Below are positions 47,355 to 58,011 of a DNA stretch of 64,000 nt, in pieces (position 1 is the first letter of the stretch; each line of letters opens with the position of its first letter). Source of the DNA: Limisphaerales bacterium (GTDB lineage: Bacteria; Patescibacteriota; Microgenomatia; UBA1400; PJMF01); NCBI GenBank assembly GCA_044350895.1, contig JBILGT010000004.1:3829-67828 (forward strand), written 5' to 3'. Below the pieces are notes generated by a model. It was not told where the DNA came from, made no database searches, and saw only the letters and a program-made list of their open reading frames with translations. The position numbers and the translations under genes are program-made.

Positions 47355-48317
47355 CTAGACTTCTTCTTCTACGTACTCTTCTTGGGTTCTCCATGCAAAG
47401 GTATAGAGTAGCTGTCCTCCACCGAGTAGGAACAGCATGCCAAGCATGAACATAGTGAGTGTTTGATCAAAGCCACTAACAGGCAGTGCACTGGCCGTTG
47501 AGGTCTTAGTTACACAAGTACAGCTTGTGTCACTTGAACAACGTGAATCACGGCATTTACCAGCCATACAGGTTAAGTTTGTGGCACAGTCACGATTTGC
47601 AACACAGTCGCCATTGCAGCTCACTAGTGCTGGTGTCGCGCTTGGAGTTGGTGTTGGTCTAGCACTCGGCGTTGGGGTTGGAGTTGCACTTGGAGTTGGT
47701 GTCGGTGTTGTTGTAGCAGCATTGATTGTTACTGCAAGTGTGCCACGAGGAATTGCCGCGACATCTTCTCCAGTTGTTTTATCAAAGATAGTTGTTTGTG
47801 CAGAGGCAAAGCTGAATGTCGAGACCTGGGCAGTTGCTGCTGAGTCTGCTTTTAGTTTAAATGAAAATAAATCTGTTGGTACTGAATTGGAATATCCTTG
47901 TACAATCACACAACCAAATTCGAGTGTCGCTGTTCCTGAACCAGGAATAAAGGTACTTGTTGGACAGCTCCAGTTCACTAATACAGGGTTTAGTTTAATA
48001 TCGGTAGGATCAACGGTGAGTGGTGCAGTATTGCCAGTATACGTATAGGTTAGTCGTACCCCAACAGCAGAGATTCTGGAGCCTTTTGTATTGAACGTAA
48101 CTGTTGAGGTTCCATTTTCACCTGGTCTAATCGAAAGTGCTGGCTGCTTAAATGCAACTTCTGCAGTACCACCAGGAACTGATGCTTTTGTAGTCGTCTC
48201 TTGTGGCTGATTCATGTACTGCATGAACACAATCACACCAACGAGCAAGGCAATTACACCTAGAACACTCAGAATGACAGCTGGACTCTTTACTGAAAAT
48301 GTCATAATGCGTACCAC
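47355..48317 (-). CDS. surface protein: N-terminal anchor, cohesin-like beta-sandwich domain, PT-repeat linker, Cys-rich module, C-terminal LPVSG plus hydrophobic tail
   Basis: VGVRLTYTYTGNTAPLTVDPTDI resembles the cohesin core (DFVFRYDPNVLEIIGIDP). Linker TPTPTPSATPTPTPSARPTPTPSATP. Eleven Cys in a 45-aa stretch. C-terminus ALPVSGFDQTL then transmembrane then WRTQEE. Confidence 0.45.
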   Translation of the reverse strand: MVRIMTFSVKSPAVILSVLGVIALLVGVIVFMQYMNQPQETTTKASVPGGTAEVAFKQPALSIRPGENGTSTVTFNTKGSRISAVGVRLTYTYTGNTAPLTVDPTDIKLNPVLVNWSCPTSTFIPGSGTATLEFGCVIVQGYSNSVPTDLFSFKLKADSAATAQVSTFSFASAQTTIFDKTTGEDVAAIPRGTLAVTINAATTTPTPTPSATPTPTPSARPTPTPSATPALVSCNGDCVANRDCATNLTCMAGKCRDSRCSSDTSCTCVTKTSTASALPVSGFDQTLTMFMLGMLFLLGGGQLLYTFAWRTQEEYVEEEV

Positions 48318-48934
48318 TACTCTGCTGCTTTTGACTCAATCACCAAATCAATAGTCATTGGAGATCCGTCTTTTGTGAAAGCAGTACTAACTGACTGATC
48401 AACGGTGAACTGTAGTTTGGAGCCACCTGTTGATGTATCGATGGTAAATGTTCCTAGAACGAGCGACTCTGATACTGGTCCACCCTCAGGTTTTAAGTTT
48501 ACAAATCCGACTTGCAGTGTAGAACGATTGTTTTCTGTAACAATTGCTGTATTTGTCGCTGCTACCCAGCCTGATGTAGTGAGCTCAGAGTTACTGGTAA
48601 AACTATTTTTTTGTTCTGAACCTGTAACAGTGCCACCATCAATAATAAGTCGTAGTCCAACACTTTGGAGTGTTTCTGAAGTTTCAGCAACCTTTAAGGT
48701 ATATGACTGTTCGTTTCCTGATTTTGTAGCTGTTGGTTGTAATATGAGTGTTAACTTTTTCTCAGGTTGATTATCAGATCCCTGTGAACCATCTGAATCT
48801 ATTGGTATGCCATTTGAATCTACAGCAAGGTTATTTCTAGAGACGACCCATGACCCAAGAAAGACTATTGCAACAACTGCTATAGCGCTAACTATTAAAA
48901 CTTTTTGTTGTTGTAAGGCAGGCATTAAGTTCAT
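48317..48934 (-). CDS. secreted/anchored protein with cohesin-like beta-sandwich domain
   Basis: N-terminal transmembrane helix, then a Ser/Thr-rich beta-strand-periodic domain (LTLILQPTATKSG ... LRLIIDGGTVTGS). Confidence 0.4.
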   Translation of the reverse strand: MNLMPALQQQKVLIVSAIAVVAIVFLGSWVVSRNNLAVDSNGIPIDSDGSQGSDNQPEKKLTLILQPTATKSGNEQSYTLKVAETSETLQSVGLRLIIDGGTVTGSEQKNSFTSNSELTTSGWVAATNTAIVTENNRSTLQVGFVNLKPEGGPVSESLVLGTFTIDTSTGGSKLQFTVDQSVSTAFTKDGSPMTIDLVIESKAAE

Positions 48935-50676
48935 GGGGTTTCTCCTGGGTATTCAAGTTGATCGAAATTAGTAAGGACGAGGGCAATGTCTTGCAAGTTG
49001 AATGAACCGCTGAAGTCGACATCATATAAACGGTTAGCATCAGTGACAGGGTTTTCAAGCTGTTTGAACTCTGTTAATGCTAGTGCTAGATCGTTTAGTT
49101 TGATGATATTTTTATCAGCACCATCGTTCTTGAAGTCACCGACTGGAAGCACTACATCACTGGTGATGGTCACAGCAGCATTTGGTGTTAAGGTTGTGGT
49201 CCCGATTTTCTTCATCAGTGAAGTTGGTAGTTTGACATAGACTTCAGCATTGGCAATCGCTGCACTTGTTGTTACACCGTCCAATACGAGTGGTGTATCA
49301 GATGCCAGTGTTCCTGTGGCATTTGATAGGTACTCTTTTGTAAACGACTTGGTAACTGGAGTCGTCTGACCTGCTGGAAGATACTTCACTGTTACTGCGG
49401 CAGTCTGTCTAATACCCTCTTTTCGAAGTCCTTGTAGTTTGAACTTAAGATTCAGTGAAGGTGTTCCTGCCTGTGGAGTTGCTGAAGGTGAAGGCTTAGG
49501 TGTAGGTGTTGGAGCTGGATCAGTAGGACAACTACTTGCTGTTAGCACTTCAAATTGATGCCAATCACTTTCAGAACAGTTTACGAATGCATTGCACGAA
49601 GTTTTTGGAAATGGACTGTCAGTACTGTATGCACACTTTGGATTTCCAGAACAACTGATACTTCCTGCCCCAGGTACCATTGCATTAATAGTAACGACAT
49701 ATTTGCCAGGGGTTGGTGAAGTCCAGGTAACAACCTTATCAAGCTGTGCTCCAGTAATTGCTGTAGTTGCAATCTTACACCAGTATCCACTAGTTCCAGC
49801 TGTTCCAGAAATGATTCCAGCTCCTGCTAGACAACTCTCACCCACTGTTCCCATTGTTTCGAGATCGCTGCCATTAGCAGCAACTTTTGAAATGAAGACC
49901 ATGGACTCATTTGCGGCAGGAATACCTGGAGTAGCTTGGGTAGTGAAATTAATTGCTTCGCTAGCTTTAAACTTATTGCCTGCTCCGGCAGCAGTACAAG
50001 TAGCTGATGGCATAGTGATTCGTGCTGTTGGAGTAGTGGATGAACCACTTATGGTGATCAATACTTCACCGGTAACTTGGGCTGCATTTGTGTCTTGACC
50101 AATTACTGCTGCTTGAAGTGTTGCTGCATCATATTTTAGTTTTACTGTACTAGTAGTAGCTTTCAAACCTTTCATTTTGACAGTGGCAATATCACCTTCT
50201 CCATTAAATGCAGAACCTGCTGCACCAGAAGCACCTAGTGTAATTTTAGCTGTTCCATTTGTGTTATCGATTGCAGCAGCTTGGAGAATGACTGGTAGTT
50301 TATCAGTAGGAGTAATACTCACTACTTGGGTAAATTCTGGATTAAAAAGCAGTGAAATAGCAGCTGCAGAAAGCTGCTTGCCATTTGTTTGGACTTTAAC
50401 CGTATTAGTAAACTCTTGGTTAGGAGCTGCAGTTGCAGTCAAGCTACCAAATGCGAAATTAACCATGGTATCTGTTGATGCATCTGACCGCACATCTTGA
50501 TTTTGTTTTTGAGTTATCTGTGCAGTCGTAAGTACTCCAGCAACTGCTACGAGTCCTAATACCAAAAAGAAGATACTCAAAATTGTGGCATTCTTTTTTA
50601 AAAATGGCTTGCGAATCTGTGGAGACTCCTTTTGTGGAGTTTCCTGAGGAGTTGCTGTAGGTGTAACTGTGTTCAT
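48931..50676 (-). CDS. large surface protein with cohesin-like domain, Pro/Thr linker and C-terminal degenerate dockerin-like repeats
   Basis: AAISLLFNPEFTQVVSITPTD is cohesin-like; PTPTPKPSPSATP is a linker. GDFKNDGADKNIIKLNDLALAL and YDVDFSGSFNLQDIALVLTNF form a dockerin-like pair. Confidence 0.45.
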   Translation of the reverse strand: MNTVTPTATPQETPQKESPQIRKPFLKKNATILSIFFLVLGLVAVAGVLTTAQITQKQNQDVRSDASTDTMVNFAFGSLTATAAPNQEFTNTVKVQTNGKQLSAAAISLLFNPEFTQVVSITPTDKLPVILQAAAIDNTNGTAKITLGASGAAGSAFNGEGDIATVKMKGLKATTSTVKLKYDAATLQAAVIGQDTNAAQVTGEVLITISGSSTTPTARITMPSATCTAAGAGNKFKASEAINFTTQATPGIPAANESMVFISKVAANGSDLETMGTVGESCLAGAGIISGTAGTSGYWCKIATTAITGAQLDKVVTWTSPTPGKYVVTINAMVPGAGSISCSGNPKCAYSTDSPFPKTSCNAFVNCSESDWHQFEVLTASSCPTDPAPTPTPKPSPSATPQAGTPSLNLKFKLQGLRKEGIRQTAAVTVKYLPAGQTTPVTKSFTKEYLSNATGTLASDTPLVLDGVTTSAAIANAEVYVKLPTSLMKKIGTTTLTPNAAVTITSDVVLPVGDFKNDGADKNIIKLNDLALALTEFKQLENPVTDANRLYDVDFSGSFNLQDIALVLTNFDQLEYPGETP

Positions 50677-50695
50677 ATTTACCTAAAGTATCATT

Positions 50696-51691
50696 CTAAC
50701 TATAATTTCTACCAAAAGCACCAACAAGTTTGTTGTAGTCAAAAATATCTACATCACCATCACCATCAATATCCGCGGGTGTGAAACATTTTGCACCTGC
50801 TTTGCCAAAATCACCCACCATTTTATTGTAATCAAAAATATCTACATCTTTGTCATTATCTAGATCACCAACATTTGTGCCGCCACACTGTAAAGCTGTA
50901 GAAAGATCGGAGAAAATCAAGTTAAATGCCCCTTCTCTGCCCATAAACCAACCAGTATCTGTGACAACCGGCGGAGCCTTTTCAAGCGTATCAAATGCTT
51001 TTATCATTCCATTTTGAGTTGTGTCACTCACTCCAGCGAAACTCACCACCCCACCATTGATATACATTCCAATTTTAGGAACACCGGTACCATTGATATA
51101 TTTTGTCGTGTCAGCTGGAATAAGTGTTTTTATTACTCTGTTTGTCCCACCCTCAAGTATTTCAATTTTTGTGATGGTTACGCCTCGGTCCAAATTTAAG
51201 CCTGGATTCCAGTAGTCATTATGAAATACATATGAAAGTTTGGTATATCGAGTATTAGTGTCATTTGTATATGGCAGGAATGTTAAGTTTGCAGTTGGGA
51301 CGACGAGATCTTTACTAAAGGTGGCTGCAGATACTTCAAATTCTTCAAGGAGTTTTTCTCTATAAATGTTTGGTCTACCACATGATGGTTCTGGGAAAGT
51401 TGGATTTGGATAGTTTGGTTGCAACTGAGTACAGTCTCCATAATCTTGCAGACCATCATAGTTAAACCCATTGTTTAAGTAGACTGCAACTCGTGGCCAA
51501 GGACTTGATGCTGTGCCGTATGGAGGGGTGGGTTCTTGTGCTGGGGTAGCTTGAAAGGTAGTGCGAACAATGACGGTGCCATTTGCGGTTTGAGCGTGTA
51601 CAACAGGTGCACTTACAGCAAAAACACATGCCAAAAAGCACGTCACTTTGAGAATTGTTGTTTGTAAATGCCAACTACTACTTTTTCTCAC
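50696..51691 (-). CDS. secreted protein with C-terminal tandem dockerin-type calcium-binding repeats
   Basis: Signal peptide. C-terminus DLDNDKDVDIFDYNKMVGDFG and DIDGDGDVDIFDYNKLVGAFG follow DxDxDGxxxxxD loops plus a helix. Confidence 0.55.
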   Translation of the reverse strand: MRKSSSWHLQTTILKVTCFLACVFAVSAPVVHAQTANGTVIVRTTFQATPAQEPTPPYGTASSPWPRVAVYLNNGFNYDGLQDYGDCTQLQPNYPNPTFPEPSCGRPNIYREKLLEEFEVSAATFSKDLVVPTANLTFLPYTNDTNTRYTKLSYVFHNDYWNPGLNLDRGVTITKIEILEGGTNRVIKTLIPADTTKYINGTGVPKIGMYINGGVVSFAGVSDTTQNGMIKAFDTLEKAPPVVTDTGWFMGREGAFNLIFSDLSTALQCGGTNVGDLDNDKDVDIFDYNKMVGDFGKAGAKCFTPADIDGDGDVDIFDYNKLVGAFGRNYS

Positions 51692-51793
51692 ACTACTTTT
51701 CAGGTAATTTTAAGATTCAAAACTGTACTAACAATAGCACATCAAAAAAAGATAAATCAAGCAGGAGTAGCAAATATACCGGTCGTGGGGCCG

Positions 51794-54541
51794 CTACTCT
51801 TCTTCACTCTCGTCTTTGGTTGTTAACGTCACAGCCACAACACTATCCTTGTCATTCAAGCGCATCAAGATGACACCTTGTGTTGGACGTGTGAGAACAG
51901 GAATAGACTTTGAACTCAGTGGCAACTTAATAGTTTGACCATTTTGGGAAGAGATAACAACTGCTTTGTGCTCTGGTGTTACTTTTCGTGCATCAGCCAC
52001 CATACCAGTACGCTTGGTGATGTCTGAAACTTTGACACCCATACCAGATCTCTTTTGCACTGGATACTGGGTCAACAGAGTTCGCTTACCCATACCATTT
52101 GTGGTGATAACGAGTAAGTGACGACCTTCAATCTTATCTTCACCAGGTGCAATACTTTCAACACCAATCACTACGTCTTTACTGCCAAGTGTAATTCCTT
52201 TGACACCTTTGGTATCACGTTGTGAGGATTTAACTTCTTTTTCAGAGAAACGAATGCTCTTACCTTCTCGACTGATCAACATAATATCATCTTCACCAGA
52301 TGTAACTTTACCCCAGACCAGACGATCTTCGTCGTTGAGCATGATGGCAATAATGCCGTTTTGGCGAATATTGTCATACAGTTTAACAGGAGTCTTCTTG
52401 ACCAAACCTTGTTTTGTGGCAAGTGCGATGAATTTTTCTTTGTCTTTTTCATCATCAATGGCAAGAATAGCCTGCACTTGTTCATCTGACTTCAGATTCA
52501 TTAAGTTAACCATTGCGGTACCTTTTGCTTGGCGTGAAGCATCTGGAATTTCAAAAGCTTTCATTCTAAAAACACGGCCTTGATTGGTGAAGAACAGTAA
52601 CGTGTCATGGGTATTGGCGGTAACGATAGACTGCAACATGTCTTCAGTCTTCATCTTGAGACCGATGGAACCTTTGCCTCCGCGTGATTGTGAGCGGAAC
52701 GCTGTTGGATTCAGTCGTTTCACATAACCACTCGCTGTCAAAGTAATAACAGTTGCTTCATTTGGCACCAAGTCTTCTTCACTGAACTCTCCCACTTTTC
52801 CTTTGATGAGTTTTGTTTTGCGCTCATCGCCATATTGGGTGATGAGTTCTTCAACTTCATCAGTGAGAACTTTCAGGATGGAACTTGGATGCTGTAAAAG
52901 TTTGATTAACGAAATAATTGTCTTTTGAATCGTATTGTACTCATCTTCAATCTTTTGACGCTCGAGTGCGGCCAAGCGTTTGAGCTGCATTTCGAGAATT
53001 GCTGTGGCTTGTATTTCGGAAAGTCCGAATTTTTCCATCAGTTTTGTTCGTGCTGTGTCCGTGTCTGGTGAACGGCGAATTGTCTCGATTACTTCATCCA
53101 AATTATTGAGTGCAATTAATAATCCTTCCAAAATATGGGCGCGATTACGAGCTTCGACCAGCTCATACTGACTCCGTTTGACTATAATTATTTGGCGGTG
53201 AGCTATGTACTCCATCAAAATCTGCCGAATATTGAGCAATTGAGGGGTTCCTTCACTGGTGAGGGCAACCATATTTATTGGGAATGTTGTTTGCAGTTCT
53301 GAGTATTTGAAGAGCAAATTAAGTACAACTTTAGGCCGTGCATCGCGCTTTAATTCAATAGTAATCTGCATTCCACTGCGATCTGAGTCATCATTGAGGT
53401 CTTTAATACCTTCAATTTTCTTATCTTTCACCAGATCAGCAATTTTCATCAGCAATCGAGACTTGTTTACTTGGTATGGAAGTTCTGTAACGAGGATCTT
53501 ATTTTCCTCAATACTTGTTTTGGCACGAGTGACTACTCTTCCCTTGCCTGTTCGATATGCTTCTTTTATTTCGTTGAAATCATAAATAATACCGCCAGTT
53601 GGGAAATCAGGACCATTGACGATCTGCATGATGTCTTCAATAGTGGCTTCTGTCTGGAATGTACCGGCAATATCTTTGGCTTCTAAGGCAAGGAGCTCAT
53701 CAATGATGCGGTTCTGCTCTGCAATTTCTGCAGTGCGGTTTTTGTCCTTAGGATCAATACCTTCTTCTGATTTTTCGTAGATACTTTTGATGAGATCAAC
53801 TTTACGATCTACGGTACCTTTTTGCACCATCATCACCACTGCCTGACAAATTTCGGTAAGGTTGTGTGGTGGGATCTTGGTGGCCATACCAACAGCGATA
53901 CCTTCAGAACCCATTAACAGTAGATTAGGCAACTTGGCTGGTAAGACAGTAGGTTCTTGGAGTGAACCATCAAAGTTATCAGTAAATGGAACAGTGTTTT
54001 TATCAAGGTCACTTAATAATTCAGAAGAAATCTTGGCGAGACGAGCTTCGGTGTACCGCATTGCTGCTGGACTATCACCGTCAACTGAACCAAAGTTTCC
54101 TTGACCATCAATCAGTGGATACCGCATCGTGAAGTCTTGTGCCAACCGGACAAGCGCGCCATATACTGGAGCATCTCCATGAGGATGATACTTACCAAGC
54201 ACGTTACCAACAGTTGTAGCAGATTTTTTGTATGGACCAGTATGATGTGTGCCAGATTTGTACATGGCATACAAAATACGGCGATGCACTGGCTTTAACC
54301 CGTCACGAACGTCTGGTAGTGCACGAGCAACGATAACACTCATGGCATAGTCAAGGTAGCTTTTACGCATTTCTTGAACAATGGAGATGTGCTTCATCTT
54401 GCCATAGCGAGTTTCTTCGATGGTTCCCACTTTGGATTCAATCACCTGTTCAACGGCTTCTGGAGCAGCTTCAGTGTCTACAGCACCATCCTCAATAATG
54501 GTTTCGTCATCTGCTGGTGGTTTAAGTTCGTCATCTGCCAT
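51794..54541 (-). CDS. gyrA: DNA gyrase subunit A
   Basis: [28 protein letters not shown], active-site [10 protein letters not shown], and a C-terminal beta-pinwheel. It has a roughly 45-aa acidic N-terminal extension. Confidence 0.95.
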   Translation of the reverse strand: MADDELKPPADDETIIEDGAVDTEAAPEAVEQVIESKVGTIEETRYGKMKHISIVQEMRKSYLDYAMSVIVARALPDVRDGLKPVHRRILYAMYKSGTHHTGPYKKSATTVGNVLGKYHPHGDAPVYGALVRLAQDFTMRYPLIDGQGNFGSVDGDSPAAMRYTEARLAKISSELLSDLDKNTVPFTDNFDGSLQEPTVLPAKLPNLLLMGSEGIAVGMATKIPPHNLTEICQAVVMMVQKGTVDRKVDLIKSIYEKSEEGIDPKDKNRTAEIAEQNRIIDELLALEAKDIAGTFQTEATIEDIMQIVNGPDFPTGGIIYDFNEIKEAYRTGKGRVVTRAKTSIEENKILVTELPYQVNKSRLLMKIADLVKDKKIEGIKDLNDDSDRSGMQITIELKRDARPKVVLNLLFKYSELQTTFPINMVALTSEGTPQLLNIRQILMEYIAHRQIIIVKRSQYELVEARNRAHILEGLLIALNNLDEVIETIRRSPDTDTARTKLMEKFGLSEIQATAILEMQLKRLAALERQKIEDEYNTIQKTIISLIKLLQHPSSILKVLTDEVEELITQYGDERKTKLIKGKVGEFSEEDLVPNEATVITLTASGYVKRLNPTAFRSQSRGGKGSIGLKMKTEDMLQSIVTANTHDTLLFFTNQGRVFRMKAFEIPDASRQAKGTAMVNLMNLKSDEQVQAILAIDDEKDKEKFIALATKQGLVKKTPVKLYDNIRQNGIIAIMLNDEDRLVWGKVTSGEDDIMLISREGKSIRFSEKEVKSSQRDTKGVKGITLGSKDVVIGVESIAPGEDKIEGRHLLVITTNGMGKRTLLTQYPVQKRSGMGVKVSDITKRTGMVADARKVTPEHKAVVISSQNGQTIKLPLSSKSIPVLTRPTQGVILMRLNDKDSVVAVTLTTKDESEEE

Positions 54542-54570
54542 AAAAATACTTTTCTATAGAATCATCTCAA

Positions 54571-55128
54571 CTACTTTTTGTCGTGTCCGCATTCACAATC
54601 TCCGCCACAGCATGATTCTTCTTCTGCTTCAGTTTCTTCTGCAAAGCGTTTGACGCCAGCTTCTAAAACCGCTTCAGCTGCCTTGGCATCTTTCCAGTCT
54701 TTCAATTTAACCCATTTTCCTTCTTCGAGATCTTTGTAGTGCTCAAAAAAGTGTTTGATAGCGCGTTTTCTTGGCTCAGGAATATCTGACATGGATTCCC
54801 ATGCTCCACAAATTGGGTCAATTTTTGTCTTAGCTGGGACACAGATGATTTTGTGATCAACACCTTCTTCATCTTCCATCTCAAGCATACCAATAACTTT
54901 ACACTTGATAACAACACCAGGGACAACTGGGGCAGAAATGAATACCAATGCATCTAAGGCATCGCCGTCTTCGCCAGCAGTTTCACCAATCAAACCGTAG
55001 TTGACTGGGTAACTGAAAGCCGTTGGCATCAACCGGTCGACGGTCATTTCACCTGTTTCTTCGTCAAGTTCATACTTAACGTTTGAACCTTCAGGGATTT
55101 CGATAAGAACTTTAACTGTATCGGACAT
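54571..55128 (-). CDS. ppa: inorganic pyrophosphatase (family I) with Cys/His-rich C-terminal tail
   Basis: YPVNYGLIGETAGEDGDALDALVF, and the tail EESCCGGDCECGHDKK. Confidence 0.85.
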   Translation of the reverse strand: MSDTVKVLIEIPEGSNVKYELDEETGEMTVDRLMPTAFSYPVNYGLIGETAGEDGDALDALVFISAPVVPGVVIKCKVIGMLEMEDEEGVDHKIICVPAKTKIDPICGAWESMSDIPEPRKRAIKHFFEHYKDLEEGKWVKLKDWKDAKAAEAVLEAGVKRFAEETEAEEESCCGGDCECGHDKK

Positions 55129-55156
55129 ATTGTCTCCTTTGTACTATTTTGTAACT

Positions 55157-57190
55157 TTATACATCCAACACAGCATATTGTGCCTGTGTTTGGATAAATT
55201 TCTTACGTGGGGCAACTTCGTCACCCATTAAAATATCGAATGTTTTGTCAGCAGCCTCAGCATCATCAATTGTGACTTTTTTCAGAATTCTAGTCTTTGG
55301 ATTCATGGTTGTTTCCCAGAGCTGTTCTGCATTCATTTCTCCCAAACCTTTATAGCGTTGCACACCAATCACAGCTTTGGGACTGCGAGCTTTGATGGCA
55401 TTGACCAGTTCATCACGTTCAGTCTCACCATATGCATACTTCTCTTCTTGTTTACCAGCAGAAACTTTGAAGAGTGGTGGCATCGCGATATACAAATAGC
55501 CGTTTTCGACCAGTTTAGGCAGGTGTCTAAAAAAGAAGGTTAAACCAAGCGTTGTAATATGCTCTCCGTCAACGTCAGCGTCATTCATGAGAATAATGCG
55601 GTGATAGCGAAGTTTGTTGGGGTTGAATGTTTCACCAATGCCTGCGCCAAGTGCAATAACCAGGTTTTTGAGTTCTTCAAAAGCAACGATTTTATCAAGG
55701 CGAGCTCGTTCAGTGTTTAAGATTTTTCCCCGGAGTGGGAAGATAGCCTGGAACTTGCGATCTCTCCCCTGCTTTGCGGTACCACCTGCTGAGTCACCCT
55801 CAACGATGTAAATTTCACACTCATCAGCATTTTTACTCTGACAGTCAGCTAGTTTACCAGGCAAGGTACTACCTTCGAAGACACCTTTACGGATGACGGC
55901 TTCTTTGGCTGCGCGAGCCGCCAGGCGAGCGCGAGCAGATAACATGACTTTATCAATAATGGTGCGACCAGCTTTTGGATTTTCCTCTAAGAACGTATCA
56001 AAGTGATTTTTGAAGACTGCATACACAGCAGATTGTGCCTCGGAGTTATTTAACTTTGTCTTTGTCTGAGATTCAAACTGGAGGTCATTGGATGGCATTT
56101 TGACGAAAACAACAGCTGCCATTCCCTCTTTTATATCTTCAGCGGTAAAGTTCTCATTATCACGAAGTAACTTATTCTTATCTGCATAGTCACGCAGTGT
56201 TTTACCCAACGCCATGCGGAAGCCATTAACGTGTGCACCACCATCTGGGGTGTGGATTACGTTAACGTAAGATTCAAGACGCTCAAAGTATGAATCATTG
56301 TACTGAAGTGAAATTTCCATGCCAATTTTTTTGCCAGTGTTCTCATCAGTCCACGTATCCTGACAGTAAAATACGTCATGGAGTGCTTTCTTGTCCATGT
56401 TGATGTGTTCCACCAGTGAGCGAACGCCACCTTCAAAGTAGTAGTGTTCTTCTGTGCCTTCAAAACCATCATGCAGTTGAAAGTAGATACCTGCCATGAG
56501 GTAGGCACGGTCTTTGATGACTTGTTGTAATGTTTTATGGCTGAACTTGGTGGTAGAAAAGATTGTTGGATCTGGAATGAACTTTAAAGCTGTTCCATTT
56601 TCATACGTTATGAACTGTTTTGATTGTTCTGGAAATAGTTTGAGTACTTCTGCTTCTTTGATAACTTTAACGGGAGCTTGTGGCTTACCTTCACTGTAAT
56701 ATTGGTAGTGATACTTGCCATCACGCTTCACAATTACTTCTAATAGTGTTGAAAGTGCGTTGACTGCTGAAGAACCAACTCCGTGTAGTCCACCGGAAGC
56801 TTGATAGGCAGTTTCTTCAAATTTTCCACCTGCGTGCAGCTTGGTCAGCACTACTTCAAGTGCAGAAACACCTGACGCATGCATATCAACTGGAATACCG
56901 CGACCATTATCGACAACTGTAATTGATTCTTCACCGAGTTTGATTGAATCATCACCAAGTAAAGCTTTTTCTCGATCACCAACGGGAGCATGAAACAGCT
57001 GAATGGTCTTTCCAAAGCCAGCGATTGCTTCGTCAACAGCATTATCGAGAATTTCTTTTGCTAAGTGATGTAGTCCGCGTTGATCGGTTGAACCGATATA
57101 CATACCAGGTCGTTTACGAACTGGTTCAAGCCCTTCTAAGACCTTGATTTCGGCTGCACCGTAGTGATTTGGCTGATTTGAGTTTGGCAT
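55157..57190 (-). CDS. gyrB: DNA gyrase subunit B
   Basis: GLHHLAKEILDNAVDEA GHKL ATPase motif, the TOPRIM EGDSAGG, and PLRGKILN. Confidence 0.95.
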   Translation of the reverse strand: MPNSNQPNHYGAAEIKVLEGLEPVRKRPGMYIGSTDQRGLHHLAKEILDNAVDEAIAGFGKTIQLFHAPVGDREKALLGDDSIKLGEESITVVDNGRGIPVDMHASGVSALEVVLTKLHAGGKFEETAYQASGGLHGVGSSAVNALSTLLEVIVKRDGKYHYQYYSEGKPQAPVKVIKEAEVLKLFPEQSKQFITYENGTALKFIPDPTIFSTTKFSHKTLQQVIKDRAYLMAGIYFQLHDGFEGTEEHYYFEGGVRSLVEHINMDKKALHDVFYCQDTWTDENTGKKIGMEISLQYNDSYFERLESYVNVIHTPDGGAHVNGFRMALGKTLRDYADKNKLLRDNENFTAEDIKEGMAAVVFVKMPSNDLQFESQTKTKLNNSEAQSAVYAVFKNHFDTFLEENPKAGRTIIDKVMLSARARLAARAAKEAVIRKGVFEGSTLPGKLADCQSKNADECEIYIVEGDSAGGTAKQGRDRKFQAIFPLRGKILNTERARLDKIVAFEELKNLVIALGAGIGETFNPNKLRYHRIILMNDADVDGEHITTLGLTFFFRHLPKLVENGYLYIAMPPLFKVSAGKQEEKYAYGETERDELVNAIKARSPKAVIGVQRYKGLGEMNAEQLWETTMNPKTRILKKVTIDDAEAADKTFDILMGDEVAPRKKFIQTQAQYAVLDV

Positions 57191-57250
57191 AACAATGACG
57201 AATTTTTATACCATAAACGCTTTAACAAAACCAGCAGGAATTGGCAATTA

Positions 57251-57985
57251 CTATGTAGAAAGCTGCCCTTTAATTTCAAAAAAACAGTGCTCAAGCACTA
57301 ATTTGGTGCTGCAATTCTGTTCAATTTGTTGACCTGCGAGCAGTAAGACTTTAATTTGTTGCGCATATAGTGTGTTTGTCGGTTCTGCTGTCAGTTCACT
57401 GTGGAGCAATCGCACAAGTGACTGTACAACTTCCAATGCTTGCGGACGTTCGGAGTATTCTTGGGCAAGTTCGATCAATTCTCTTCGGGAAGAAGTTTGT
57501 ATTTTAGAATATGTATTTCTATACAAAGATATATCAAAATCGTTGTTTTCTGTATCATTTAAAACTGCTTGTTCGATACTGCAGCGGGACTGAATAGTGT
57601 CTAGTATTCGTTCGATATTGGCAGTTGTTAAAAATATAGCTGTTTGTGCAGGAGGCTCCTCTAAAAGTTTAAGTAATGCATTCTGTGCAGGGATTGTAGC
57701 CAGATCTGCATGATAGATACAAACATATCTGACTTCTCCACCGTATGTGCCATAGGTAAGCTCAGCTGTGAGGTCTCTAATTGTATCAATTGATATGTTT
57801 GTTCTATTTTGATTTATTGCTGTATATTTAGATATATTAAAATTTAAAGATTGATTCACCAATCCTTTTTCAGGTAGCACCCCATTTAGCAGTGTTTCTT
57901 CATGATTGCTAAATGGTGACAGAATGACAATAGTAGGTTGGAAGAAGGTAGATAAGTTATTGGTTGTCGTGCTGTTCATTTTCAT
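57251..57985 (-). CDS. DNA polymerase III delta-prime-like clamp-loader subunit (degenerate Walker A)
   Basis: NALLKLLEEPPAQTAIFLTT ... LDTIQSRC is the AAA+ sensor region typical of HolB/DnaX. Confidence 0.5.
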   Translation of the reverse strand: MKMNSTTTNNLSTFFQPTIVILSPFSNHEETLLNGVLPEKGLVNQSLNFNISKYTAINQNRTNISIDTIRDLTAELTYGTYGGEVRYVCIYHADLATIPAQNALLKLLEEPPAQTAIFLTTANIERILDTIQSRCSIEQAVLNDTENNDFDISLYRNTYSKIQTSSRRELIELAQEYSERPQALEVVQSLVRLLHSELTAEPTNTLYAQQIKVLLLAGQQIEQNCSTKLVLEHCFFEIKGQLST

Positions 57986-58011
57986 CTATAGTTTATACCA
58001 GCTAGTAATTT

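Noticed and set aside
47355-51691. Surface-protein block as a CRISPR array, prophage or other mobile element.
   Set aside because: No spaced identical repeats and no phage structural or transposase genes are present. The PT-repeats are protein-coding low-complexity linkers.
51794-57190. Numerous 60-130-aa ORFs inside and antisense to gyrA and gyrB (for example 52200..52583, 53259..53585, 56257..56508).
   Set aside because: These are shadow ORFs within well-supported conserved genes. They lack start context and show no coding signature.
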